DNA of 64,000 bases from an uncultured Myxococcales bacterium (GTDB lineage: Bacteria; Myxococcota_A; UBA9042): positions 14,256 to 78,255 of the forward strand of contig CAIYBN010000039.1 in assembly GCA_903924465.1 (NCBI GenBank). The letters run 5' to 3'. A program made the position numbers and the translations under genes. How positions within the stretch are numbered: position 1 is the stretch's first letter; each line of letters opens with the position of its first letter. The notes beneath the pieces are model-generated. The model had not been told where the DNA came from and did not search any database. It saw only the letters and a list, made by a program, of their open reading frames with translations. Positions 37,204-46,832 of the stretch are shown here, in pieces.

Positions 37204-37782
37204 ATGAAACCCCTACGCGTGTGGATCCTGTGTGTGGCGCTCGTGATGTCGATTTCGCCAGCCACCACTTTGGCCCGCGGTCACGGTGGCGGCCACGGCG
37301 GTGGCGGCTGGCATGGCGGTGGCGGACGCGGCGGTTGGCATGGCGGCGGTGGCGGCTTCCGCCCGTTCCAAGGTGGCCACTGGGGCTGGGCGCCCTGGTG
37401 GGGCGTGCACGCCGGCTTTGGCTATCCGGGCTACTTGTGGCCCTACGGCGTGCCGTGGGTCATCTACCCAGCGTGGATGCCTGGCTACAGCGGCGCGGTG
37501 CCCGAAGCGGTGCCCATCCTGCCGCCCTCACCTGCCGTCGTCCTGCACACCGGCGAAATGTCCGGCATGAACGTAGGCCTGCGATTCCAGTGGCAATGCG
37601 ACAACCCGCAAGTGCTGGTGCCGTCGCTGGAAAGTGCCGGCGAGCTCAACATGGCGCTCGTGCTCCGCGGGAATGCAGCAGGCGAGGCGAATTGTGTGGT
37701 CGGCGATGGCGAAACGCCGCCGTTGCATGTGCACGTGGTGGTGCTGCCACAGCCCTCGACGCCAACCGGGTCGCCGCCGTAG
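37204..37782 (+). CDS. Secreted Gly/His/Trp-rich hypothetical protein
   Basis: RBS ggagggg. Signal MKPLRVWILCVALVMSISPATTLARG, then GHGGGHGGGGWHGGGGRGGWHGGGGGFRPFQGGHWGWAPWWGVHAGFGYPGYLWPYGVPW, and a C-terminal half of ordinary composition. Confidence 0.6.
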   Translation: MKPLRVWILCVALVMSISPATTLARGHGGGHGGGGWHGGGGRGGWHGGGGGFRPFQGGHWGWAPWWGVHAGFGYPGYLWPYGVPWVIYPAWMPGYSGAVPEAVPILPPSPAVVLHTGEMSGMNVGLRFQWQCDNPQVLVPSLESAGELNMALVLRGNAAGEANCVVGDGETPPLHVHVVVLPQPSTPTGSPP

Positions 37783-37788
37783 GGCCGA

Positions 37789-39174
37789 CTACTTCTTGCA
37801 ACCGCCCGTTCCGGTCGCCGGCGCGGTCGGCGGCGTCTTCAGCGGCGCACAATTGAAATCGAACAGGTCCAGCAGCGCATCTGCGTTGGCATCGCGGGCC
37901 GAGAACGCCGGCATGTCATAGAGCGTTTCCAGGAACCGCAGCAGCGACGAATGGCTGTGCAGCGTGTGCGAGACGTACTTCTGGCGCGCATACGGGGAAA
38001 TCATCACGAACGGGACGCGGAAACCCAGTTGGTCGAATTCCGTCTGATCCGCCGCCGCCGTGCAGGCCTTGGGCGGATCGACGTGGTCGTAGAAGCCGCC
38101 GGATTCGTCGTAGGTGTAGACCAGCGCCACGCCCTTGCCGTCCTTGTCGAGCCAAATCGAACTGGCGACCACGGCGTCGTACAACTTCTTGGTCCACGCT
38201 TCGCCCTTTTGCACGTCCGCCGGCGGGTGCTCGTCTTCGTCGTTGAGCTTGGCGTCGATGAACACCACCTGCGGCAGCGTGCCGTTCTTCAGTGCATCGT
38301 AGAAGGCCGCGACGGTGCCGACGCCCTTGTGCGATGAATTCCAGCCCAGGCTGAGCAGCGCGACGTCGAGCGGATAGTCGTCGTCTGAATACACGCCCCA
38401 GGTGACGCCAGCCGTGTCCAGCGCGTCGAACACGGTGCGCGTGCCATCTGGCACAAAGTTCGTGCCGGTGTTTTTGACCCCGTAAGACTGACCGGCGTAG
38501 AGGTACAGGCGATTCGCCCACGTGCCCGCCAGCGCTGAACAGTGGTAGTGATCGGCCATCGCATAGGTGTTGGCCAGGAACGCGTAAAACGGCAGCTCCG
38601 CCGGCGTGAAGCCGCCCATGACGAAGCTGCCGTCGTTGGGGACCACCGTCAGTTCGTCGGAACCGACGGAATGGTTGGCGGCATTGACGACGAAGCCGTC
38701 CAGCTTTCCGCCGTCGTACATCGCGTGCATGCTGGTCCACTGGTGCTCGGGATCCAGCTGCACGCACGTCGTGGCCTCGAGGTAGACGTTCACCGCCGCA
38801 CCATTCTTGTCCGGATTGCTCGCCGTCGCTGGCACGCCTTCCACATCCGTGCGACCGAGCCGCCCGAAGATCGCGTCAAACGAACGGTTTTCTTTCATCA
38901 CAATAATCACATGGCCGATCGCCAACTTGGCGCGATCTGCAGCCGTGATGGCCAACGTGTCCGCGACCTTGGCGCCCGCCGCGAACGTGCACGCCGTGCG
39001 GTCAGCGACGTGCGGATCGGCGACCGGCAGCGCGCCGCAAGCCGCAGCGGTGGTGTCATCGGCGCTGGCATCGGCGGCGGCGTCATCGGTGGAAGACGTG
39101 GCCGGCGTTGTGGACGAACCACAGGCGGCGAACAGGCACATCGACAGGGCGAGCGGAAGACGAAAAATGGCCAC
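37789..39174 (-). CDS. Phosphoesterase-family lipoprotein (non-haemolytic phospholipase C / acid phosphatase AcpA-like)
   Basis: Hallmark HVIIVMKENRSFD near the N-terminus of the mature protein. GTG start with RBS ggagg. Lipobox signal (V/M)AIFRLPLALSMCLFAACG. Confidence 0.7.
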   Translation of the reverse strand: MAIFRLPLALSMCLFAACGSSTTPATSSTDDAAADASADDTTAAACGALPVADPHVADRTACTFAAGAKVADTLAITAADRAKLAIGHVIIVMKENRSFDAIFGRLGRTDVEGVPATASNPDKNGAAVNVYLEATTCVQLDPEHQWTSMHAMYDGGKLDGFVVNAANHSVGSDELTVVPNDGSFVMGGFTPAELPFYAFLANTYAMADHYHCSALAGTWANRLYLYAGQSYGVKNTGTNFVPDGTRTVFDALDTAGVTWGVYSDDDYPLDVALLSLGWNSSHKGVGTVAAFYDALKNGTLPQVVFIDAKLNDEDEHPPADVQKGEAWTKKLYDAVVASSIWLDKDGKGVALVYTYDESGGFYDHVDPPKACTAAADQTEFDQLGFRVPFVMISPYARQKYVSHTLHSHSSLLRFLETLYDMPAFSARDANADALLDLFDFNCAPLKTPPTAPATGTGGCKK

Positions 39175-39426
39175 GGGACCTCCGGAAATCACCAAAGAAA
39201 CGGCGTTGACGGGGCGAGATGCGCCGGCCGACGGAGCGTAGCAGAAGTGGACGGATTGTGACAAATCCGCGCTGTTTTGGTGACGGACTCGTGCGAGCGG
39301 CGGCGCGACGGGGTCGCTGGGCATCGATCAGCCAACAATTCGCGTCAGACCCATTGCGTCTGAGCGGACTGCACCTATCTTCGGGAAGGGTTCGGGGCGC
39401 AGGATGCTGTGCATCGGAGAATTGCC

Positions 39427-42400
39427 ATGAATACCATGTCGTTAGACGTGTTTGTCGGCGTTTTGCTTCGGACCTATTGCGCCAGACTGTTTGCCTTCAC
39501 ACTACTCATTGCGATGGTCGGATGCGGTGAGGGCAAGGGCGTGGCGGCGACGGACGTCAACGGCACGGGCAGCAGCACCATCAAGGACCCGCAGCTGGGC
39601 GACGGGATCGGTGGGGCGAGCGATACCGCGGCGGGAACCGACGCCGAACCCGCCGGCACGGACGCGCAATTGGCTGAAGCTGGCGGATCCGACGCCGACG
39701 CGAGTGACCCGCCCGACTTTTGGACCGACGACACGCTGGCACCGGACGTCCAGGGGACCGATGCGACCGCCGACAGCACGCCCAAGCCGGACGTGAACGT
39801 CGGCTGCAAGATGGCGGCCGATTGCAATGACAACAACGTCTGCACCGATGACAAGTGCGATCCCGTCATCGGCTGCGTTCGCACCAACAACACCCAAGTC
39901 TGCGACGACGGCGACGCCTGCACGACCGGCGAAATCTGCGCATCGGGCGTATGCGCCGGCATCTGGGCGACGGACTGCAGCGATGGCAATCCGTGCACAG
40001 CGAAGGGCTGCGACCCGAAAACCGGCTGTTTCGCGCTCAACGTGGGCGGGAAAGCCTGTGACGACGGCCAGGCGTGCAGCAGCACGGACGTCTGCGCGCA
40101 CGGCGTCTGCATCGGCATCGCGCCAGAGTGCAAGGACAGCAATCCTTGCACGGACGACACCTGCACGGACGCCGCTGGCTGCGTGTTTCTCGCCAATGCA
40201 GTGACGTGCGACGACGGCTCGGCTTGCACCGTAGGCGACAGCTGCAAGGACGGCGCATGCACCGCGGGCATCGGCGAACTGTGTGACGACGGCAATCCAT
40301 GCACCTCGGACCTCTGCAACACGGGCGCTGGCTGCAGTCACGTGGCCATCGCCGGCAGCTGCGACGACGGCAATGCCTGCACCAGCGGCGATGCATGCGC
40401 AAACGGCCAGTGCGGCGGTACGGCTGTCGTCTGCAACGACGCCAACCCGTGCACGTCGGATGGGTGCAGCAAAGCTTCGGGATGTTGGACCGAACCGCTG
40501 GCCGACGGCTGCTCGGACGGCAATGCCTGCACGATGAACGACACCTGCGTGGCCGGCACCTGCCAGCCTGGGCCGATCGGCAATTGCGACGACGGCAACA
40601 CCTGCACGGCGGACAGCTGCGACGCGCAGATCGGCTGCGTCCACGCCGAGACCGTCGTGAGCTGCGACGACAGCAGCGCCTGTACGACTGGCGACAGCTG
40701 TGTGGGCGCACTGTGCAAGGCCGGTTCGGTCGTTGACTGCGGCGACAACAACCCGTGCACGAACGATGCTTGCGACGCGCAACACGGCTGCCAGCACACC
40801 AACGTGGACGGCGGCAGCTGTGACGACGGCAAGGCGTGCAGCACCAACGACACGTGCGCGCACGGCGTGTGCCTGGGCGTGGTCTTGAGCTGCGACGACA
40901 ACAATCCGTGCACGGACAACAGCTGCGACAATCAGGGCGGCTGCGTGTTCCTGGCCAACGACGTCACGTGTGACGACGGCAACGCTTGCACCACCGGGGA
41001 AGCGTGCCACAACCACGCCTGTGGCGCCGGCGCTGTGGTGCAATGCGACGACAAAAACCCGTGCACCCAGGAAGTTTGCGATCCGAAATCGGGCTGCAAA
41101 GGGGTCGTGCTCAACGGAAGCGCCTGTGAGGACGGCGATGCGTGCACCATCGGCGACACGTGCGTTTCCGGACAATGCGCATCGAACTTACTCAGTTGCG
41201 AGGACAACAACCCGTGCACCCTGGACAGTTGCGACAAGGCGGCGGGCTGCATCCACACCGCGCTGACGAGCGGATGCGACGACGGCGACGCGTGCACGGC
41301 CAACGACACTTGCCTGGCCGGAATCTGCAGCGGGACTCCCGCCGCGCCGTGTGACGATGGGAACGCGTGCACGAACGACGTGTGCGACAAGACGATCGGC
41401 TGCGTTTTCACCCCCAACAGCAACCCATGCAGCGACGGCGATGTCTGTACCAGCAACGATCTCTGCGTGAACGGCACGTGCGTGAGCGGCGCGGCGCTGG
41501 CGTGCAATGATCAGAATCCATGCACCAAGGACAGTTGCCAGGCACTGACCGGCTGCGTCTTCCGCAACGATGACGGCAAGGCCTGCGACGATGGCCAGAC
41601 GTGCAGCGTGAATGACACGTGTTCGGGCGGCCTGTGCTCGGGCTTCGCGCCCAACTGCGGTGACGACAACGGCTGCACCAATGACTCCTGCGCAGACGGC
41701 GTGGGCTGCGTGCACCTGGCCAACACCGCGGCGTGCGATGACGGCAACGCCTGCACGACGGCAGACACATGCAGCAACAAGGGCTGCGTGGGCGGCGCGG
41801 CGCCGAACTGCAACGACAGCAACTTCTGCACCAGCGATGCATGCGACAACACGATGGGCTGCGTGCATCAGAACAAGGCGGTCGCGTGCGACGACGGCGA
41901 CGCATGCACCACGGGCGACACCTGCAGCGGCGGCGCCTGCGTGCCCAGCGGCGTCGCGGGATGTGACGACGGCAACCCCTGCACGATCGACGGCTGCACG
42001 CCGCTGGGCGGCTGTACCCACAGCGACGCACTGCCCGCGACCGCATGCGACGACGCCAACGCGTGTACGGTGGGCGACACCTGCCTCGGCCAGACCTGCG
42101 TGGGCGCGATCCGGACCTGCGATGACGGCGATCCGTGCACGGCCGACGGATGCGACCCTGCGAGCGGCTGCACCACGCCAGCCGGCAACGACGGTGCGTC
42201 CTGCACCGACACCAACGCATGCACGGCCGAGGACGCGTGCGCGAACGGCGTGTGCAAGGGCAGCCCGGTCGTCTGCAACGACGGCAATCCGTGCACCGAC
42301 GACGCGTGCGATGTGGCGTTGGGCTGTGTCGCCCCCTTCAACACGGCCAGTTGCGACGATGGCGTGGCCTGCACCCACACCGACACCTGCGTGGACGGCA

Positions 42401-44565
42401 ATTGTCGCGGCGCACCGACGAACGGCGACTGTGACGACAGCAATCCGTGCACTGTGGACACCTGCAACGCGCTGACGGGCTGCGTGTCAGCGGCAGGCGA
42501 CGACGGCGCCGTTTGCTCCGATGGCAACGCGTGCACGAACAGCGATGCGTGTTTGGGCGGGCAATGCCTCGCCGGCTCACCCACGGCGTGCTTGGACGTT
42601 GCCTGCAACACCGTGGCATGCGACCCGGAAAGCGGCTTGTGCGTGTACACGCCGTTCGCGAACCACACACCTTGCGAGGACGGCAACGCGTGCACCCTCG
42701 CCGACGCGTGCCAGACAGGCGCGTGCGTCGCCGGAACTCCGGCCGTATGCGTGGGCAAGGCCTGCAACACCGTGACGTGCAATCCGCTCACCGGAGCGTG
42801 CGACTACGTGGCCATTGCGGACGACGTCACCTGCGACGACGCCAACGCCTGCACCAACGGCGACAGGTGCACGGGTGGGACCTGCCAGTCGGGCAGCCCG
42901 ACAAGCTGCGAAGACAGAATGTGCAACACCGTCGCCTGCAACACGACGACCGGGGCGTGCGACTACACGCCTGTCGCGGACACGACCGGATGCGACGACG
43001 GCAACGCGTGCACAACCGTGGACACGTGCGCGCAAGGCGCGTGCGTCGGCGGCACACCCGTGATCTGCGCCGCTTTGGATCAGTGCCACGACCCCGGCCT
43101 CTGCGACACCGGCACCGGCGCGTGTTCGAACCCAGAAAAGGAGGACGGCGTGAGCTGCACCGACGACGACGCCTGTACCCAAATCGACATCTGCTTCTCC
43201 GGCATGTGCGCGGGTGTCGCGCCGGTGATCTGCGAAGCCATCGACGAGTGCCACACGGCCGGCGTGTGCGACCCAGGCAACGGCCTGTGCTCACAGCCAA
43301 ACGCAGCGGACGGCTTGGCGTGCAGCGACGAGAATGCCTGCACGCAGATCGACACTTGCATCGCCGGCGCGTGCATCGGCAGCAGCAGCGTCGCGTGCGC
43401 TGCGCTGGATCAATGCCACGCCATCGGCACATGCGACACGACAACCGGCACTTGCAGCCAGCCGCCCGTGCCCAACGCCACGACCTGCAACGATGGGGAC
43501 GCCTGCACGCTGTCGGATGTCTGCACGAACGGCGCCTGCGGTGGCACTGCGGCGGACTGCGGGGACACGCTCGCGTGCACCACGGACGCGTGCAATCCCG
43601 CGACCGGCTGCACGCACACACCGGTCGATGCCGCGTGCACCGACGGCATCGCCTGCACGACGGATACTTGCGTACTCGGGATCGGCTGCGTCCACGTCGG
43701 TCATGATTCCGCCTGCGACGACTTGACGGCGTGCACGAGCGACGCCTGCGAAAACGGTGTCGGCTGCATCCACACGCCGAACAACAACGCGTGCGCGGAC
43801 GGCAATGTTTGCACCACCGATCTCTGCACCAGCGGCGCGGGCTGCAGCAACCCGGCCGGCAACAACGGCGGGGCGTGCACCGATGGCGGCATCTGCACGT
43901 CGACCAACAGCATGTGCAATGGCGGCCTGTGCACGCTGGTGCCGGCCTGCAACGACAACAACGCCTGCACGACCGACGCGTGCAATCCCACGACCGGCGC
44001 GTGCACACACGTCGGCGGCCTGTGCGGCACGGGCGGCACTTGTGTCGCTGACAGCGATTGCAGCAGTGGATCGTGCAACCCGACCAGCCACACCTGCAAT
44101 GCCCCGGTCACCTGCGGTGCATGGAACGTCGCCGCGCAACAGGGCAGCCCCAGCGTCGGCAGTGTTTCCGGCTGCAGCTGGGCGGGCGGCACGAACTCGA
44201 ACCTCATCGAGGGGCTATTCCCCGAGAACGTCTACGGCAGCGTCAACAGCGTCGTCGCCACGACGAGCAGTTCGACCGGCAACACGATCAAGGTCGGCCA
44301 GACGCTGACGATCACCAGCCTCAGCGTCAAGATCGCGCCGTCCTGGAGCACCAGCACCGCGCTGACCTTCACGGTTCGCGTGAACAACGTGGACAGCGGC
44401 ACGGCGAAATGCACCGTCGCAGCCGGCGCGACCACATGCAGCGCGGCGAACTTGAGCCAAGCCGTGCTCGCCAACCAAACGCTGAACCTGCACATTGTCC
44501 AAGCGCAGGGACAGTGGTTCAACTCAGCAACGGCAACCTGGTCGGTTGGCTACAAGATCCCGTGA
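39427..44565 (+). CDS. Giant (~1,713 aa) lipoprotein built of about 70 tandem Myxococcales-type Cys-rich repeats (CxDGNxCTxDxCxxxxGC) with a distinct Cys-poor C-terminal ~150-aa domain
   Basis: RBS ggaga 6 nt upstream. Signal ...FAFTLLIAMVGCG, an acidic linker, then ~20-aa repeats running from residue ~120 to ~1560. The C-terminal domain begins ...TCGAWNVAAQQGSPSVG. The DNA is highly self-similar. Confidence 0.8.
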   Translation: MNTMSLDVFVGVLLRTYCARLFAFTLLIAMVGCGEGKGVAATDVNGTGSSTIKDPQLGDGIGGASDTAAGTDAEPAGTDAQLAEAGGSDADASDPPDFWTDDTLAPDVQGTDATADSTPKPDVNVGCKMAADCNDNNVCTDDKCDPVIGCVRTNNTQVCDDGDACTTGEICASGVCAGIWATDCSDGNPCTAKGCDPKTGCFALNVGGKACDDGQACSSTDVCAHGVCIGIAPECKDSNPCTDDTCTDAAGCVFLANAVTCDDGSACTVGDSCKDGACTAGIGELCDDGNPCTSDLCNTGAGCSHVAIAGSCDDGNACTSGDACANGQCGGTAVVCNDANPCTSDGCSKASGCWTEPLADGCSDGNACTMNDTCVAGTCQPGPIGNCDDGNTCTADSCDAQIGCVHAETVVSCDDSSACTTGDSCVGALCKAGSVVDCGDNNPCTNDACDAQHGCQHTNVDGGSCDDGKACSTNDTCAHGVCLGVVLSCDDNNPCTDNSCDNQGGCVFLANDVTCDDGNACTTGEACHNHACGAGAVVQCDDKNPCTQEVCDPKSGCKGVVLNGSACEDGDACTIGDTCVSGQCASNLLSCEDNNPCTLDSCDKAAGCIHTALTSGCDDGDACTANDTCLAGICSGTPAAPCDDGNACTNDVCDKTIGCVFTPNSNPCSDGDVCTSNDLCVNGTCVSGAALACNDQNPCTKDSCQALTGCVFRNDDGKACDDGQTCSVNDTCSGGLCSGFAPNCGDDNGCTNDSCADGVGCVHLANTAACDDGNACTTADTCSNKGCVGGAAPNCNDSNFCTSDACDNTMGCVHQNKAVACDDGDACTTGDTCSGGACVPSGVAGCDDGNPCTIDGCTPLGGCTHSDALPATACDDANACTVGDTCLGQTCVGAIRTCDDGDPCTADGCDPASGCTTPAGNDGASCTDTNACTAEDACANGVCKGSPVVCNDGNPCTDDACDVALGCVAPFNTASCDDGVACTHTDTCVDGNCRGAPTNGDCDDSNPCTVDTCNALTGCVSAAGDDGAVCSDGNACTNSDACLGGQCLAGSPTACLDVACNTVACDPESGLCVYTPFANHTPCEDGNACTLADACQTGACVAGTPAVCVGKACNTVTCNPLTGACDYVAIADDVTCDDANACTNGDRCTGGTCQSGSPTSCEDRMCNTVACNTTTGACDYTPVADTTGCDDGNACTTVDTCAQGACVGGTPVICAALDQCHDPGLCDTGTGACSNPEKEDGVSCTDDDACTQIDICFSGMCAGVAPVICEAIDECHTAGVCDPGNGLCSQPNAADGLACSDENACTQIDTCIAGACIGSSSVACAALDQCHAIGTCDTTTGTCSQPPVPNATTCNDGDACTLSDVCTNGACGGTAADCGDTLACTTDACNPATGCTHTPVDAACTDGIACTTDTCVLGIGCVHVGHDSACDDLTACTSDACENGVGCIHTPNNNACADGNVCTTDLCTSGAGCSNPAGNNGGACTDGGICTSTNSMCNGGLCTLVPACNDNNACTTDACNPTTGACTHVGGLCGTGGTCVADSDCSSGSCNPTSHTCNAPVTCGAWNVAAQQGSPSVGSVSGCSWAGGTNSNLIEGLFPENVYGSVNSVVATTSSSTGNTIKVGQTLTITSLSVKIAPSWSTSTALTFTVRVNNVDSGTAKCTVAAGATTCSAANLSQAVLANQTLNLHIVQAQGQWFNSATATWSVGYKIP

Positions 44566-44583
44566 TCGCTTGGCTTCGAGGCG

Positions 44584-45183
44584 TCAGTACACTTCGCCCG
44601 AATCAAAGCCGACGCTGTGGCTGTGACACCGCCCGCACCATTCGGTTGAATGCGCCGCTCCGCTGCCATCCGCTCGATAGTACTTGGTTTTCGTGTGACA
44701 GACTTCGCACTCGCCGCCACCAAGCGTCGTGTCCGTTCCGCCGGATCGGGCAAGTCCCTCCGCGCTGGCGCCTTCAGGCTTGGTCATCGTCACCCATGCC
44801 GTGCCCGTTGCCACCGTGATTTGGCGGCGGAGAAGGAACGCGTTTTCGCTGCCATGCGGATCGTGGCAAACCGTGCACGCCGTGCCTGCGGGGTGCGATG
44901 TCTCACTGTGACATTCGGCGCACGTCGTTGACGTCGCGTGGCCGGCGATGCCGACGCTGTCGAACACTTCGTGACAGCGTTTGCAGTCGAACAGCAACGC
45001 GTGGCTCGACGGCCTTTGCCAATCCTGACCGATGGCGAGGTGGCATTGGCCGCACGCGGGCGCGATCGTCAGGTCCGAACCGACGCCGGTGAGCTGGGTC
45101 GATCCGCTGCTGGTGTCGGCCTGCGCCCAGACGCCTGCGACGGCAAGAATGACGAGGAAAATCGCCAATGCAGCGCGTTTCAT
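44584..45183 (-). CDS. Small periplasmic hexaheme c-type cytochrome
   Basis: Signal MKRAALAIFLVILAVAGVWA. Six CxxCH motifs (CGQCH, CKRCH, CAECH, CTVCH, CEVCH, CGRCH) in 199 aa. The start overlaps the GMC gene stop on the minus strand (tcat). Confidence 0.8.
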   Translation of the reverse strand: MKRAALAIFLVILAVAGVWAQADTSSGSTQLTGVGSDLTIAPACGQCHLAIGQDWQRPSSHALLFDCKRCHEVFDSVGIAGHATSTTCAECHSETSHPAGTACTVCHDPHGSENAFLLRRQITVATGTAWVTMTKPEGASAEGLARSGGTDTTLGGGECEVCHTKTKYYRADGSGAAHSTEWCGRCHSHSVGFDSGEVY

Positions 45184-46829
45184 GGCGTCACCCCGCCCTT
45201 GCCCATCAGCCCAGCGAGATAGGTCGCCGTGCGATGCGCCAGCGCCTGTTGCGTCAGCGTGGGATTGAAGCCCGTCGATGTCGGATACACACCGCCGTCA
45301 GCCACCCAGACATTGTCGACGTCGTGGAGGCGCCCCCACAAATCGGTCACCGACGCCTTCGGGTCCGCGCCCATGCGCGTCGTGCCCAACAGGTGGCGGG
45401 AATTCGGCACGCCGTCCTGTTGGACAAAGTCGATCTCCAGCGTTTCCACCGCGCCAGCCGCCACAGCGATTTCCTTCAGCTTCGGCATGTACCGGTCCAT
45501 CACCGCCTGATCGCGGGCGTGGCGCACATACGTGACGCGCGCGACCGGCCGGCCGTAGATGTCGCGCACTTTCGCGTCCAATTCCACACGGTTGGACAGC
45601 TGCGGCATATCCTCACCCATCATGGAGACCGAGCCGATCTTGCGGCGATACTTGCCATCCACCATCAACTGCTTGTGCATTTGCCAGGGCAAGCTGATGC
45701 CGAAGTCGATGGCGCCTTGCTGGCCGCCCAACTCGATGTAGCCGCCGCGCAGGTAGTCGGGACTGCCATCGGAAACGGTGAAATCGCCCATGGCGTGGGT
45801 GACGACGCGGCTGCGGTACGAGCGGACTTCCTCGTCGAACACGCCGATCACGGCAAAGACCATGTGGAACATCAGGTTGCAGCCCAGTTGCCCACTGGAA
45901 TTGCCGATGCCATTCGGGTGCGCTGGATTCGCCGAGGCCAACAACAACCGCGGGGTCTCAATCGCGTTGGCTGCCAGAATCACATGCGTCGCGGTCAGCG
46001 TCTGCGTCGCGCCATCGGGCCCGATGACTTCCACACCGGTCGCGTGCGCGCCATCGGTCGTAGTCAGCAGTTTCGTCACACACGTTTCCGGCAGCAGCGT
46101 CAGGTTGCCGGTCAGCAGCGCGTCGCGAATGACCGTCACCGCCGTCGAACCTTTGGCGTCGATCGGACAGCCGACACCGCAAAATCCGCAATCGACACAG
46201 GCCGGACGACCGCGATAAGCGATGGAATTGTTGGCCATCGGCATGGGATGCGGATGATAGCCAAGCGCTTTCGCGCCCTTGGCCAACAGCGTCGCGACCT
46301 TCGGCTGACGACCGGGCGGCATGGGATATGGCCCGCGCTTCTCGGCAAACGGATCGGCCCCCGCCGCGCCTTGCACACCGACCAGACGCTCGACTTCGTC
46401 GTAATGCGGCGCCAAATCGCTGTAAGTAATCGGCCAATCGACCAAATTGGCGCCCGGCACCGCGCCATAGTTCGTGAGCGCCTGTAGGTCCGCCTGCTGC
46501 ACCCGCGGACAATCGCCGTCGTAGAACACCGTGCCGCCGCCGACCGTCACGCCAAGACCTTGGAACTCCTGGATCTTCGCCTCAGCGCCGGTCGTTTGGA
46601 CCAACGTGCGCGGCTCGCTGAATGGGTCGTGAAAGCCAAAATACCGGCGCAGCCGCAGCTCATCGTTGCCAAACAGCGACTGCCGCAGCGTCTGCGCCCC
46701 GAGCGTCGGGTACGCGTTGCGCCCCTTCTCAATCAGGGCAACTTTCAGGCCTTTTTGCGCAAGCACGTAGGCAGACATGCCTCCGCCGGCGCCCGATCCG
46801 ACAATGATCACGTCAAAGGATGTCGCCAC
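45180..46829 (-). CDS. GMC-family FAD oxidoreductase (flavoprotein dehydrogenase subunit, gluconate-2-dehydrogenase-like)
   Basis: FDVIIVGSGAGGGMSAYVLAQKGLKVALIEKG (FAD Rossmann fold) and GMC C-terminal motifs. GTG start with RBS GAGGAGGG. Confidence 0.8.
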   Translation of the reverse strand: MATSFDVIIVGSGAGGGMSAYVLAQKGLKVALIEKGRNAYPTLGAQTLRQSLFGNDELRLRRYFGFHDPFSEPRTLVQTTGAEAKIQEFQGLGVTVGGGTVFYDGDCPRVQQADLQALTNYGAVPGANLVDWPITYSDLAPHYDEVERLVGVQGAAGADPFAEKRGPYPMPPGRQPKVATLLAKGAKALGYHPHPMPMANNSIAYRGRPACVDCGFCGVGCPIDAKGSTAVTVIRDALLTGNLTLLPETCVTKLLTTTDGAHATGVEVIGPDGATQTLTATHVILAANAIETPRLLLASANPAHPNGIGNSSGQLGCNLMFHMVFAVIGVFDEEVRSYRSRVVTHAMGDFTVSDGSPDYLRGGYIELGGQQGAIDFGISLPWQMHKQLMVDGKYRRKIGSVSMMGEDMPQLSNRVELDAKVRDIYGRPVARVTYVRHARDQAVMDRYMPKLKEIAVAAGAVETLEIDFVQQDGVPNSRHLLGTTRMGADPKASVTDLWGRLHDVDNVWVADGGVYPTSTGFNPTLTQQALAHRTATYLAGLMGKGGVTP

Positions 46830-46832
46830 GGC

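Noticed and set aside
39252-39269. Inverted repeat CGGATT-gtgaca-AATCCG about 160 nt upstream of the giant lipoprotein gene
   Set aside because: Only 6-bp arms. It could be an operator, but on its own it is too short to distinguish from chance. Noted as a weak candidate only.
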